A stretch of DNA of 64,000 bases from a virus (lineage: Duplodnaviria; Caudoviricetes), in IMG/VR virus record IMGVR_UViG_3300033177_000258; one strand, written 5' to 3'. Positions 35,701 to 45,269 of the stretch are shown here, piece after piece. The position numbers and the translations under genes are program-made. How positions within the stretch are numbered: position 1 is the first letter of the stretch; every line of letters begins with the position of its first letter. Under the pieces are notes generated by a model, which was not told the DNA's origin, ran no database searches, and worked only from the letters and a program-made list of their open reading frames with translations.

Positions 35701-37837
35701 TCCGTTCATCAGTCTGCCGCAGGAATCCGCCGAGGCCAACTACTTCAACCTTTGGTCTCACCTGAGCCCCATCGAGGGGCTGCAGTTTCCACTGCAGAGC
35801 GTCTCGCGCATCAAGGCCAACGCCTGGTGCGACCACACCTTCCGGCGCGCGCACGGCGCGGCTCACACCAACCGCGCCTGGCACCTCTCGTACACCTCGC
35901 TGGCAGTGGACCCCGAGTCCCTGCCGGGCGCGGCAGAAGAGTTCGACAGCGATGGCTTCGAAGTCAACGGCGAGCCCGTCCTCACCGGTGAGTACGAGAG
36001 CTACGAGAACATGATGTTCTCTGATGGCATCGCGGCCACCAGTGAATCTTCGCCCGACAACGGCCACTACATGATGCACGTGTTCGCCTTCCGTCACGTC
36101 ACCAATGGTGGCACGGTGGCCCGCATCAAAGCGCGTTGGGACGGTACCGGAGAGAAGCCCGACGCCAACAACGACATCAGCTACGGGGCCATCCTTCAGA
36201 TATGGAACGGAAGTTCATGGGAGACCCTGGCCGACTACGACGAAGACAACCTCGGCACGGATGTCGCTATACGGCTGGAAGGCCAGGTAACGAGCAACCT
36301 GGACGACTACCGCCAGACAGATGACTACATCTACATCCGCGTCTACAACCCGCTGGCCGCAGACGGAACGCGCGGCTCGGAACTCTCCACCGACTTCGTG
36401 TGCGTCTGGGTCCTGGAGAACGGGCGGTGGATGGTTCCCAATAAGGTCTACAACGGCCACTTCGAACATGGCACCGGCATGCCTTACGGTTGGGAAGTCG
36501 TACAGGGCTCGGCCAGTTGGGACAGCTCTCAGGCCGACTCCCTGGCCAACAAGTACAACTGGTACAAGGACTGGGACTGGCTGGACAACATTGACACCGG
36601 CAGCCGCACGGAAATGGACTCCGGCTTCTACAATGACTTCCGGTCAAAGTGCCTGTCGCTCAGCAATGGAGGGTCGGACACCATCCGGGTACGCCAGCGC
36701 TTCGCCATTGACCAGGACTCTGGCACGGCGTTCCTGAAGCGGCCGGTGCGCTTCTCGTTTGACTACTGGCGCAACATCACCGAGGGCGAGCAGGACGAGA
36801 ACTTCTCCGTCCGCCTGCGGCTGTGGAACGTGGACAACGAACTGGAAGCCGACAACACCATCATGCTGGATGTGGGCTCGTGTTCATGGGAAGAGAAGGT
36901 CTACAACTTCATCCCCGAAAAGCACCTGAGCTACGGAGAAGTCACCATCCTGCTGGCCGACAAGACCGGCACCGCGAAGTTCGACAACTTCCGTCTCGTT
37001 GAGCTCCCAGATGGGACTTTCGAGACGGTGGACGACGAGACGACATTCTACTCGTTCTACGTGGAGCACGATTACGAGGTGGGGCAGGACCGCATTGACT
37101 GGCGCTGCTCTGGCTTCGACCCCTACATCGCGAGCGACTATGAGGTCACCTACCGGCACTGGCTACTGCGCACCGATAGCTGCCAGCTCACAGCCGGCAA
37201 CAGCTTCGCGGTCTACACCGGCGCTGAGGGTGCCACCGCGACCCCGCCCCCGCAGCAGTTGCGCTGCCTGGAGTTGGCGCGCATCGTCATCCGGGGCGAC
37301 CGGCCCATCAAGGATGCCGACGACGGCTGGTGCTCCTACATCGCGAACCTCAACCCCGTCATCTTCACTGGCGACGAGGGCGTCGAACACCGCGTTGAGC
37401 TGGCCAAGCTCCAAGCCGAGCTCGGCCCCCTGATGCGCAACAGCTTCCTGTTCGGCTGCACGCCCACGCGTGTCAGCAGCACGAAGGTTACGGTGGGCAT
37501 CGGTGCCTATTGGTGCGATGGAGTTGAGATAGAGAGGTTGGAGGTCGGCGAAGCCGGCACTCCGGGGGGAGAGAGCGGACGCTACTACCTGGTGGCTACC
37601 GCCGACGCCAACGGCGCCCCTACCTTCTCATGGGTCTACTGCGCCAGTGGTTGGCCGAGCACAGGCCCGGCCGTGATGCAGATTTCCTGGGACAAGGACG
37701 CCGGGACTTTTGCCGACGACATGGTGGACCTGCGCGGTATCCAGAACGCTCCGCCTCCCGCAGATGCGGTGGGCGTCCTGTCGGAGAGTGTCTTCTCCGA
37801 CCAGCACTTCACGCACGTGTTCAACTTCCGCAAGTAA
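32786..37837 (+). CDS. Large tail/baseplate protein with repeated modules (1683 aa)
   Basis: About five copies of a G.G...G...V.V..G.AY..G module, also found in the 21124 protein; a duplicated 'HVF...RWDGTG...W..L...' domain; a CBM-like NGHFEHG..PYGW segment. Confidence 0.7.
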   Translation: MRLEQQGTAWRKTIGPGDVENRVMSTVETLRTSVAELHGDGTLGDTLKVLEAAGAIGFGEAYSGIVLVETGIAYIDGYRSAYSGAYLSVPQPYVAVEAQELTLLESEGPGQNSTRYELAREDVVDDGSFVLYKRNSATGVDEALTRYSQYTLDAAHGIVTLLVELGAEEELRATYRFRVPGILFVELDQQGTLHCSVGTSVAEDSVPGQGWAPGPIEEEEWEYTPGAADDPYFQSAYNGYFALPPTASTGTILLAKLYYPGPKGKLYRNMEEDATRELTGLSADDIISGDYGIIDDERRILTPAEDLLDFQQAFNDMIDDMNSAVAGAELAFSEGRLRAADLDGEGIVTGVVPTGGMQSMYVNISAGVAYIEQHLAQHDWLMRVVVPSQTVQLDEPTDAPSENRTVTEGHLYSPSTTEYALNVEPATTILSVSGEVAYRYTQANPALLTKRLSGTFSASKPADKPTYALFDATCTALTTVERAKLEAADSNSAANDSAAENLHHSLHVFKVEHPYAADKAHTINYRWDGTGSGGAELFIFNFNTDAWVSLGTVGATLASLQGTITTNVTNYISEGGDIYFAAASTSASDGGTAVSVTSDYFYINLYAGHYVVGDLEQGESVPNDSYNLAGNKVVFEDDRFAYPRAGTTFAVQYYAALPRYDALQVGLDGAVHVVKGTPAESPVIPTINDEHLLVANVLVRHEGAVVASTEAADNDNALYDRRQVIWTGDEGQAAREDASSLVENLRMRTYELHGNVVSSGCRAYAYPSAAGSSIVRVGSGVYYALGYRREYAGSLLTYNFGSLADSEHRRDIIYMDTEGVVYNALGTPVALTEVSEPPDRPAGTILIAYVEMTADLVAASRVPQTAIYDMRTVQGQPDTGGDDGEDPVVVVDNNLLAYFNELGGEGLLAADVSVVAKATPSRSVDLSTATTSRAYISGQRVLPDAMASSYKTYEVSRPGAIAATNDENPNFHPFISLPQESAEANYFNLWSHLSPIEGLQFPLQSVSRIKANAWCDHTFRRAHGAAHTNRAWHLSYTSLAVDPESLPGAAEEFDSDGFEVNGEPVLTGEYESYENMMFSDGIAATSESSPDNGHYMMHVFAFRHVTNGGTVARIKARWDGTGEKPDANNDISYGAILQIWNGSSWETLADYDEDNLGTDVAIRLEGQVTSNLDDYRQTDDYIYIRVYNPLAADGTRGSELSTDFVCVWVLENGRWMVPNKVYNGHFEHGTGMPYGWEVVQGSASWDSSQADSLANKYNWYKDWDWLDNIDTGSRTEMDSGFYNDFRSKCLSLSNGGSDTIRVRQRFAIDQDSGTAFLKRPVRFSFDYWRNITEGEQDENFSVRLRLWNVDNELEADNTIMLDVGSCSWEEKVYNFIPEKHLSYGEVTILLADKTGTAKFDNFRLVELPDGTFETVDDETTFYSFYVEHDYEVGQDRIDWRCSGFDPYIASDYEVTYRHWLLRTDSCQLTAGNSFAVYTGAEGATATPPPQQLRCLELARIVIRGDRPIKDADDGWCSYIANLNPVIFTGDEGVEHRVELAKLQAELGPLMRNSFLFGCTPTRVSSTKVTVGIGAYWCDGVEIERLEVGEAGTPGGESGRYYLVATADANGAPTFSWVYCASGWPSTGPAVMQISWDKDAGTFADDMVDLRGIQNAPPPADAVGVLSESVFSDQHFTHVFNFRK

Positions 37838-37851
37838 GCCGGAGGGACTAG

Positions 37852-40800
37852 ATGAACTGGTATTCACCCAACGCCATTCGATGCGTCGGCACCAAGTTCG
37901 ACGCCCAGTTTGCCATTGGCGTCAACTTCAATTCCGGCGACTACATCAAGGTCTACTGGAACGAGGCGCAGGGCGGCCCGGCCGAGATTGGACACTACGA
38001 TGAGGCCCTCAACATCACGGTCGCCAACTGGGCCTACCGCAAGGTCGCCTGCAACTGTGGTGACAATGCGGGTGGCGGCGACGCGACCTTCACCGTGAAG
38101 CACTTCAACTCCAGCAACACGGTTCTGGAAGAGTGTACTTCGCCAACGCTGAAGCTGGCCAACTGGGATGCTCCCACCCCAGCTTCTACCTTCGGCATGG
38201 AGTTTGATGTCCAGCTCTCCAGCCTGGTGCTCAATAAGAGCGGGGCCATCCGGGTCTACACCATCGAGGGTGGTGTGCCTACTACTCTCATCGGCACCCA
38301 GGCCGTGGCGGCCGGCCAAACATCCGCCACCGTGCCCTGTCTGGCTGAAGGGGAGACCGGGGACAATGTGCTGTTGGGGGCTTACTACTACCCATCAGCC
38401 GGAACCGTTCTCTTCCTGCGCCAGGCTACGGTCAACATCTACGCTCTGCACTGGGTCTACCCCGCCAAGGGGTCTGTGCACGAAGGGCTCAGCTTCACGG
38501 CTCAGATAGCCGGCATCGAGGGGGCCCTGGAGAATGACGAGCTAGTCATCACCGCTGGGCCGGGCCCTGGCGGAGAGCGGGAGGTTGGCTCAACAACGCT
38601 GGTCGCCGGCCAAGCGACGGCCGAAGTTGAAGTAACCGGCCTGGAGGTAACCGATGCCCGATTCGTGGTCACGCACGGTACCAAGCTGGCGTACATACCC
38701 CTCACCATCATCACTGAAGAAGACCTACCGTCTACCCCATATCCTGGCGGGTTCAGCCGGGGGCCGGCCTTCGATTACCAGTACGGGAATATTAGCTTCG
38801 GCGCATACGGCGTCGGGCGCGCCTCTATCGGGGGGACCGACTTCGTGATTGCCGCGCTCCATAGCAACAGCGGGCTAGGCTACAGCTTCATGCTCTACGA
38901 CATCGCCAATGAGAACTGGTTCGCGGTCGAAGGCCCCGCCATCGCATATGGAGTCGGCATCTTCGGTGCTGGGGACGACATCCACATCTGGACCGTGGAC
39001 ACTTCTAACTTCACGTACCAGAACTGGATATCGCCCAGCGACAGTGCTGAGCAGCTCATTTTCAAGAAGTATGCCATTGACCCCAACGCTGGGACGGCTA
39101 CTCTCGTGACTACGAAGAATGTGTTCGTTGAGGGCAGGAAAGAAGGCACTCCCTGGGACATCAGCAACGGCCTCTTCACCCAATTCCTGCAGCGGGACGG
39201 CAAACTCTACGCCTTCGTCAAATATCGTCAGGACCTGACAACGTACAGTAAACCAACAATGCTCATCAGTTGGGACCTGACGGAACAGCCCGACAGAACA
39301 ACATTCATCACCGAGTGGGTATCCACAGACGCGGCGACCATCGGGGTCCGAATCCCAGAACCGAGCACAGAGGGGTACCTTTGGATTGTGCCTTACGCTT
39401 ACGCTCTGCCCTGGCTGAACCTCTCCGACTTCATGGTCATCCTGGGCAACACGCCCCTATCGGTGGGGGAAGACGGTACCGTAGCAGAACTGTCCGACAC
39501 CGTCTACTTCCCAACTTTGCCCATCGGGGGGTTTGGTCTGGATGAGAGAACCGGCCTGGTCCACATAGACACGCTGGGGAGCATCCATTACGGTTTCCAA
39601 GAAACAACTCGCCAAGGCGTCGGGGCTAGCATCCGTTGGGCGCTGGGTGATGATGGCTTCGTCGTCAGCAATCCGCTCATGCCCCAGTTCTCCATGAGAG
39701 AATCGACGTACTACTACCAGACCGAGTACGGGGCCCAGTGGAGAACCACTTTCGGTGTCTACTACTGCTATTTGAGCGGCAACCCACTCGTGGCCGTAGG
39801 CATGGCTGACGATGTGATAAGCGGCCAGTACGTGTGGAAGTTCGACCCGCACCCCGTCGTCACCGGACTCATGGCGTCTGGGAACGCGGCGGGGTACGTT
39901 GCCAGTTGGGTCTACCGAGACCCGGACGGGTACGAGCAGGCCCAGTACCGGCTGAAGCTCATGGACGGCTCGACTGTCGTCCACGATACGCAATGGGTGG
40001 ATTCTGCTCTCAGCAGTCACACCCAGACCGGCCTGCCAGCCGGCACCTATACCCTGAAGCTGTGGGTGCGTAACAACAGCGGGCGGGAGACCGGCCTGAC
40101 CAATGGCCCCTGGACGGCCTCCGTGGTCACTGGGGAAGACACGACCAATCTCCCCCCGGTACCAACCATTACTGCCCCCACGGCAGGGCAAGTCATCACC
40201 GGCACGCTGAGCATTGCCGTGTCCGCCACGGATGACCACGGGATGTCGCATGCGGCTCTCTACCTGGATGGCAACATGATACAGGAGTGGACGCTGGGGG
40301 GTCTCGGGACCACCACCTGGAGCACCACGTCCTCGCTCGACACGGCGCCGCTAGGCGATAGCCAGCACACTCTCAGTCTGATTGTGACCGACAACCATGG
40401 GTCTTCGGCGACCGCAACGAGAGTCTTCACCACCGACAACCACGGTGGCGGCGGCACCCCGCCCACCATCACGTTCAATGCGCCCACGGCCGGCTCCAAT
40501 GTCACCGGCTCCCTGACCATAGATGTGACCGTTGCAGACGCTGAAGATGGCGTCAGCACGCTGGTCGTTTTGGCAGGTAGCCAGGGGTTCAACTACTCCT
40601 ACCCCAACACGCCGGCATCGGTGACCAATACCAGCTCGGTCGTGGACACAACGAAGTTGCCTAACGGGCCTCTTACCATCACCGCGTTCGCGAGCAACCC
40701 GAACGGCCTGATGGGAACCGCGACCATCACAGTCAATGTGGCGAATGGTGGAGTGACCGGCCACCCGCCGACCATTTCGCTGACGGCCCCCGCTGAGCCC

Positions 40801-41904
40801 GACTATAGCGCCCCAATCCCGGTAGAGCTCGAAGCCAGCGACGCAGAAGGCATCGCGTCCATCTACGTCATCGTGGAAGGCAATGGCGCTCCGTCATGGT
40901 CCATCGCCAATGTCCCAGGGACAACGTTCTCGGCAACCATCAACATTGACTTCTCCGGGTACGACGCCGGCTCCTACACCGTAACGGCGACCATCACCGA
41001 CACGGATGGGAACGTGGCCACCGATTCGGTCACCTTATATGTGGATGTTCCGCATCCCATCCCGCACGTCGTCTCCAGCGCCGACGTGGAGCACTATAAC
41101 GAACTGGTGGGCCCGGAGTCCATCCCAGTACCAACCGATGCGTCGTGGGTCGTCTGGCCCGGCACTGAAGTGGACAAGCTCTCTGAGCGTGGCGGCAACG
41201 GCGTGTCCGTATACCCGAAGGGCACGCCCTACTTGCCCGTCACCATGTTCGACTTTGACGTGTCCTCCATGTTCTCCTGGCAGGCTGAGCAGAAGGATGA
41301 TGGCGGCGCGGCTACCGCGTTCGACCCCAGAAAGAAGAACTCAGGTCTGCGCCGGCTCCTCTTCACCTGTACCTGCAACTGCATGGACGGCGAAGACCCA
41401 GGTCTGGTGCGCCTGTTTGTCTGGGACGTTGTGGAGAGCCGCTGGCGCCACTTCAACTATGGCAACCCGGCCGTCCTGGCCGACCAGCCGGAAGACGCCG
41501 CCCTGGACCTCAATGCCGCCAACATCAACCTGAGCCGCTTTGTGGGCATCGGCCCCAACGAGACCCACATCCGGTTCGCGGTCGTGCCCAAGCGCACCAT
41601 GCCGGTAGGCGACTACCTGGTCAACTTCGACTTCGCCGACCTGCAGGTCGAGACCGACATGCGCATCTGCGGAGGGCGCTCAGAAGTCACCGGGACAGGC
41701 ACCTACTACCTGTGCTTCGACACCGGACGGGTGATACGGGAAGTCCCCGACCTGCCTACAGGCGCCACATACCGGCAGACGCCGGGCGTGACAGTCACGC
41801 TCAGCACGGGGGAGGCCGTAGAGATAACCAATGTGAACGTAGCTTACGCTACCATCACAGTGCCAGAAGCCGGCGTGCTGCACTGGATGGCGTTCGGTTG
41901 GTAG
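37852..41904 (+). CDS. Virion protein with FN3-like and tandem bacterial Ig-like domains (1350 aa)
   Basis: Three PP(V/T).(I/L)..P...I.V.A.D..G repeats (NLPPVPTITAPTAGQVITG; PPTITFNAPTAGSNVTG; PPTISLTAP) and WVYRDPDG..QAQY...GTYTLKLWV. Confidence 0.75.
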   Translation: MNWYSPNAIRCVGTKFDAQFAIGVNFNSGDYIKVYWNEAQGGPAEIGHYDEALNITVANWAYRKVACNCGDNAGGGDATFTVKHFNSSNTVLEECTSPTLKLANWDAPTPASTFGMEFDVQLSSLVLNKSGAIRVYTIEGGVPTTLIGTQAVAAGQTSATVPCLAEGETGDNVLLGAYYYPSAGTVLFLRQATVNIYALHWVYPAKGSVHEGLSFTAQIAGIEGALENDELVITAGPGPGGEREVGSTTLVAGQATAEVEVTGLEVTDARFVVTHGTKLAYIPLTIITEEDLPSTPYPGGFSRGPAFDYQYGNISFGAYGVGRASIGGTDFVIAALHSNSGLGYSFMLYDIANENWFAVEGPAIAYGVGIFGAGDDIHIWTVDTSNFTYQNWISPSDSAEQLIFKKYAIDPNAGTATLVTTKNVFVEGRKEGTPWDISNGLFTQFLQRDGKLYAFVKYRQDLTTYSKPTMLISWDLTEQPDRTTFITEWVSTDAATIGVRIPEPSTEGYLWIVPYAYALPWLNLSDFMVILGNTPLSVGEDGTVAELSDTVYFPTLPIGGFGLDERTGLVHIDTLGSIHYGFQETTRQGVGASIRWALGDDGFVVSNPLMPQFSMRESTYYYQTEYGAQWRTTFGVYYCYLSGNPLVAVGMADDVISGQYVWKFDPHPVVTGLMASGNAAGYVASWVYRDPDGYEQAQYRLKLMDGSTVVHDTQWVDSALSSHTQTGLPAGTYTLKLWVRNNSGRETGLTNGPWTASVVTGEDTTNLPPVPTITAPTAGQVITGTLSIAVSATDDHGMSHAALYLDGNMIQEWTLGGLGTTTWSTTSSLDTAPLGDSQHTLSLIVTDNHGSSATATRVFTTDNHGGGGTPPTITFNAPTAGSNVTGSLTIDVTVADAEDGVSTLVVLAGSQGFNYSYPNTPASVTNTSSVVDTTKLPNGPLTITAFASNPNGLMGTATITVNVANGGVTGHPPTISLTAPAEPDYSAPIPVELEASDAEGIASIYVIVEGNGAPSWSIANVPGTTFSATINIDFSGYDAGSYTVTATITDTDGNVATDSVTLYVDVPHPIPHVVSSADVEHYNELVGPESIPVPTDASWVVWPGTEVDKLSERGGNGVSVYPKGTPYLPVTMFDFDVSSMFSWQAEQKDDGGAATAFDPRKKNSGLRRLLFTCTCNCMDGEDPGLVRLFVWDVVESRWRHFNYGNPAVLADQPEDAALDLNAANINLSRFVGIGPNETHIRFAVVPKRTMPVGDYLVNFDFADLQVETDMRICGGRSEVTGTGTYYLCFDTGRVIREVPDLPTGATYRQTPGVTVTLSTGEAVEITNVNVAYATITVPEAGVLHWMAFGW

Positions 41905-41909
41905 AGCCG

Positions 41910-41930
41910 GCCGCGACGCGGAATACTTCC
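41910..41930 (+). promoter_or_regulatory. Recurrent promoter-like motif GCCGCGACGCGGAATACTTCC
   Basis: Intergenic, upstream of ATG 41946; near-identical to 31623-31643. Confidence 0.55.
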
Positions 41931-41945
41931 CAAGAGTGTGACCCA

Positions 41946-42323
41946 ATGAAGTTCAACATCGAAGCCAGGGTCCCAGAGCCGGTTACCTGCCCCAAGTGCT
42001 TCACCAGGTGCCAGCCTAAGCACCTGGTCTCTATTCTATGGGACCGCTCGAAGAACTCTTTCGCGGCCATGTTTCTCTGCCCTTGCCAGAACAGGTTCAC
42101 AGTGCAAACAGATGGCGGGGAGAGAGCCGCATCGCAACCACAGCAGCAAGTAGAGAGCAAGCCGGCCACCCCCGGCCCCACAGCGCCGCCGCTTTCCATT
42201 GCTGACGGTCGGCGCCTGTCTTCTCAGCTAAGTTCTCCGCAAGGTCAACAAGACTTCCTGCGGCAATTACTGGCGGCAGAAGAGCAAAGTGGAGGTTCTA
42301 ATGCCATCGCTCCCGACCCATGA
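41946..42323 (+). CDS. Small Zn-finger-like protein
   Basis: MKFNIEARVPEPVTCPKC...FLCPC; start moved to ATG 41946. Confidence 0.55.
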   Translation: MKFNIEARVPEPVTCPKCFTRCQPKHLVSILWDRSKNSFAAMFLCPCQNRFTVQTDGGERAASQPQQQVESKPATPGPTAPPLSIADGRRLSSQLSSPQGQQDFLRQLLAAEEQSGGSNAIAPDP

Positions 42324-42558
42324 CCCCTTGGCCCAGGCTCTGCCAGAGGAGAACCGCGCACACGTAGTGGCGGATACCCTGAGCAGGCTACGGGAGGCCG
42401 TTAATGTCGGACCACGAGTTGACGAAACGTTCCAACGAGCCCGAGACGCCGCCCGGCGCTCCGCCGACGACGGAGCCGCAATCGTTGGTGCCGGCATCCT
42501 TGCCAGACGCCACTTCCGGGAATCTACCAGGCTGGCTTCTGGTGGGGCAAGCGGTTAG
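42301..42558 (+). CDS. Possible small overlapping ORF
   Basis: Strong RBS GGAGGT at 42290-42295, but it overlaps the next gene by 155 nt. Confidence 0.3.
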   Translation: MPSLPTHDPLAQALPEENRAHVVADTLSRLREAVNVGPRVDETFQRARDAARRSADDGAAIVGAGILARRHFRESTRLASGGASG

Positions 42559-42928
42559 CGGAATCGGCGAAGGACTCCTCCGGCTCTCGGAGCAAGTGGG
42601 GGGTCACGCCGGCCAATGCGAAGGCCACTTCGGGCAGATTACGCAGATTCTCATTAGCCGCGACTCCCGCTTCGCGGTCATCGAGTCGCTCATCGCCTCG
42701 GCCAAAGATGAGATACTCAAGAAGATGGCCGAGCAGGAAGCCGCTCGTGCGTCCCAACTCACAGAGGCCCTCGGTATCCTGCATAGCTTTGAGGCGGCAC
42801 GCAAGGTGTTGGTCTCCAGAACCCTCTGGACTGTGGGTATCATCGTCTTCATCTTCTCCATGCTGCAGTTCATTGGCATCGAAGGAAGGGAAATCCTCCA
42901 GTTCTTCCATGACCACATGACCAAGTAG
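42404..42928 (+). CDS. Coiled-coil protein with C-terminal transmembrane helix (holin-like?)
   Basis: RBS GGGAGG; hydrophobic helix LWTVGIIVFIFSMLQFIGI. Confidence 0.6.
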   Translation: MSDHELTKRSNEPETPPGAPPTTEPQSLVPASLPDATSGNLPGWLLVGQAVSGIGEGLLRLSEQVGGHAGQCEGHFGQITQILISRDSRFAVIESLIASAKDEILKKMAEQEAARASQLTEALGILHSFEAARKVLVSRTLWTVGIIVFIFSMLQFIGIEGREILQFFHDHMTK

Positions 42929-42937
42929 AGGTACCCA

Positions 42938-45049
42938 ATGTCCACCGGAGCCTTCTTCCTAACCCCCTCGCGACCGAAGTTCGTCATGGCCCAGTTGGCC
43001 CAGATGGTTGACTGGGGCGCGTTGATGGTTGGCTCTTCCGTGCATAAGGGCGAGGGGGTCAAGGTGGGAGTGCTGGACACCGGGTGCGCTCGCAACCACC
43101 CCGACCTCAAGGATGCCATCTTCACGTTCAATGACATCAGCGGCGGCAGCAAGGATGATGGCGACGGCCACGGGTGCGTTACCCCTGACAGCATGGTCTA
43201 CTCTTCTCTATGCGGGCTCCAAAACATCGAGACCTTGTTCGACGCAGCCCCAGGCATAGCGCACCTTCTCCCCGATGGTTCGGTCATCAAGGATGTGTCT
43301 CGTTACAGCCTGAAAACATTCTCTTTGGGCGCAGACGGACGGTGCGTCCCCTCTAATCTCAGCCACATCCACAAGTTGGCCTACGCCGGAGAGCTGGTGG
43401 ATGTCGTCACCAGACACGGGGTATTGCGTCTTACGCCGTGGCACCCCGTCTATGTGGTGGGTTCGCGGGCGGGCTCCGAAACGGTTAAGAGGATTCGGGC
43501 CGACGAACTCAGGGTTGGTCATTGTGTCGCGATAGCGCGCCAGCCAGCGGGCGAAGTAGGGGAGACAGTGTATATCCCGCTCAGCCGGCGCTGGGTCTGC
43601 AGGTGGTGTGGCTACGAAGCAAAAGGGGGAAAGAGAGCCACCTGTCGTTCGTGCAACAGGAGGAACTGGCATGAAGGAGCATCCGACCGCTCTATCGCCC
43701 TGGATGAACGACTTGCGTATTGGCTTGGGCTGGTCGTGTCAGACGGTCATGTGGCCAAGAGCGACACTTGTGTCTCGTTCACGTCAAAAGACCCAGAGCT
43801 TCTTAGTATCTTCGAGTCGGTGTCCGCCGAGCTGTTCGGTATTACGAGCAGCCGCCCCCCAAGTCATCCCATAGAAACCCGCCTGCACTCGGTTGACGTG
43901 TGGAGAATGCTTGTGGACGGGCTTGGTATTCCGGCCGGCAACAAGTCGCGGTGTATTGCACTTCCTGAGCTTGTGGCTAAGTCGCCTACGCCCATCATCG
44001 CGGCGTTCGTAGCTGGGTTGGTAGAAGGTGACGGTAGTGTGGGGGAGCAACGGCGTGTCCGTATAGCAACTGGCTCCATCCAGTTTGCCCAAAAGCTCTC
44101 CATGCTTCTGAAGACGATTGGCGTTTCGGCGAGCTACAGTGAAAACCGCTCTGAGGGTGGATTCAAGGTTAAGACCGCGAAGCCATCATATTCGGTGCGC
44201 GTTGGCCGCTGGAGCGCCCTAGACGCCCAGCTTAGGTTCAAAGTATCAGTTGGCGCGGGGATGCGCAAGGAGAGAAAAAGCTCCGAGGTGCTGTCCGTGG
44301 GTCGGTCCTCCTACAATGGCCCGTTGTACGACTTCACCGTTCCCGAGCACCACAACTATGTAGCTAATGGCTTCATCGTGAGCAACACCCACGTCTCTGG
44401 CATCATCGGCGCCCGCGACAACGACGCCGGCATTATCGGCGTCGCGCCTTCCTGTCAGCTTGGCATCTACAAGGTCCTGTCTGACACTGGCTGGGGCGAG
44501 TTCGACTGGTTCGTCAAAGCCATCTATGCCGCCCTGGAAGACGGCTGCCAGGTCATCAACCTAAGCCTTGGCTCCAACGAAACCCCTCCCGAAACCGTAC
44601 ACAATGCCATCCAAGACGCGCGCCGCGCCGGCTGCCTCATCTTCGCGGCTTCGGGCAACGACGGGAACGGTGTACCCGCCACGGGCGACGCGGTGGATTT
44701 CCCGGCTCGTTGGGAAGAAGTCATCGCCGTCGCTGCCGTTGAGCGCGACAGGGCCCACTCCAACTTCAGCTCCCCCGGCCCGAGCGTAGCCATCTGCGCC
44801 CCCGGACGCGACATCTACTCCTGCTGGCCCGAGACAGGCTACGCCCTCGACACCGGCACCAGCATGGCGTGCCCGTTCGTTTCTGGTGCGGCCGCTGTCT
44901 ACTGGTCACACTTCCTGGCCGAGGGCCATGAGCACAAGGACATTGCCCAGCTCGTCTGGGCTCAGATGCAGAAGGACGCACAAGACTTGGGCGACCCAGG
45001 CTGCGACCCACTCTATGGTTGCGGGTTGGTTAGAGTCAAGGTGAACTAA
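42938..45049 (+). CDS. Subtilisin-family (S8) serine protease containing an intein
   Basis: VGVLDTG, DGDGHG/THVSGII, INLSLG, AASGN, GTSMACP. Confidence 0.95.
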   Translation: MSTGAFFLTPSRPKFVMAQLAQMVDWGALMVGSSVHKGEGVKVGVLDTGCARNHPDLKDAIFTFNDISGGSKDDGDGHGCVTPDSMVYSSLCGLQNIETLFDAAPGIAHLLPDGSVIKDVSRYSLKTFSLGADGRCVPSNLSHIHKLAYAGELVDVVTRHGVLRLTPWHPVYVVGSRAGSETVKRIRADELRVGHCVAIARQPAGEVGETVYIPLSRRWVCRWCGYEAKGGKRATCRSCNRRNWHEGASDRSIALDERLAYWLGLVVSDGHVAKSDTCVSFTSKDPELLSIFESVSAELFGITSSRPPSHPIETRLHSVDVWRMLVDGLGIPAGNKSRCIALPELVAKSPTPIIAAFVAGLVEGDGSVGEQRRVRIATGSIQFAQKLSMLLKTIGVSASYSENRSEGGFKVKTAKPSYSVRVGRWSALDAQLRFKVSVGAGMRKERKSSEVLSVGRSSYNGPLYDFTVPEHHNYVANGFIVSNTHVSGIIGARDNDAGIIGVAPSCQLGIYKVLSDTGWGEFDWFVKAIYAALEDGCQVINLSLGSNETPPETVHNAIQDARRAGCLIFAASGNDGNGVPATGDAVDFPARWEEVIAVAAVERDRAHSNFSSPGPSVAICAPGRDIYSCWPETGYALDTGTSMACPFVSGAAAVYWSHFLAEGHEHKDIAQLVWAQMQKDAQDLGDPGCDPLYGCGLVRVKVN
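43175..44386 (+). mobile_element. Intein (404 aa) with LAGLIDADG homing endonuclease
   Basis: Begins CVTPDSMV; block B LRLTPWHPVY; motifs WLGLVVSDG and FVAGLVEGDG; ends YDFTVPEHHNYVANGFIVSN followed by +1 Thr. Removal restores HGTHV. Confidence 0.95.
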
Positions 45050-45195
45050 TGGAACAGCCAGGCGAAGGTATGCAAGCGCTTGACGAAGAAGCGCCGTACA
45101 CCACACCCCCCACAGGAGGCGCAGCCACTCTCACAGACGCCCACGTCGTATACACGGACGACCCAGTAGACCTGGAAATCATCCAGGTGACGTAG
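45049..45195 (+). CDS. Small acidic hypothetical protein (48 aa)
   Basis: TAATG coupling to the protease stop; MEQPGEGMQALDEEAPY...DLEIIQVT. Not in the ORF track. Confidence 0.4.
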   Translation: MEQPGEGMQALDEEAPYTTPPTGGAATLTDAHVVYTDDPVDLEIIQVT

Positions 45196-45229
45196 CTCAA
45201 TGCGTGTCCCAGTGCTGCTCATCCATGAG

Positions 45230-45269
45230 AGACGGTGCCCAGGTTTCACTGGCACCGTCTTTCCGTTTT
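45230..45269 (+). terminator. Putative intrinsic terminator ending the tail module
   Basis: AGACGGTGCC-N11-GGCACCGTCT followed by TTCCGTTTT. Confidence 0.5.
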
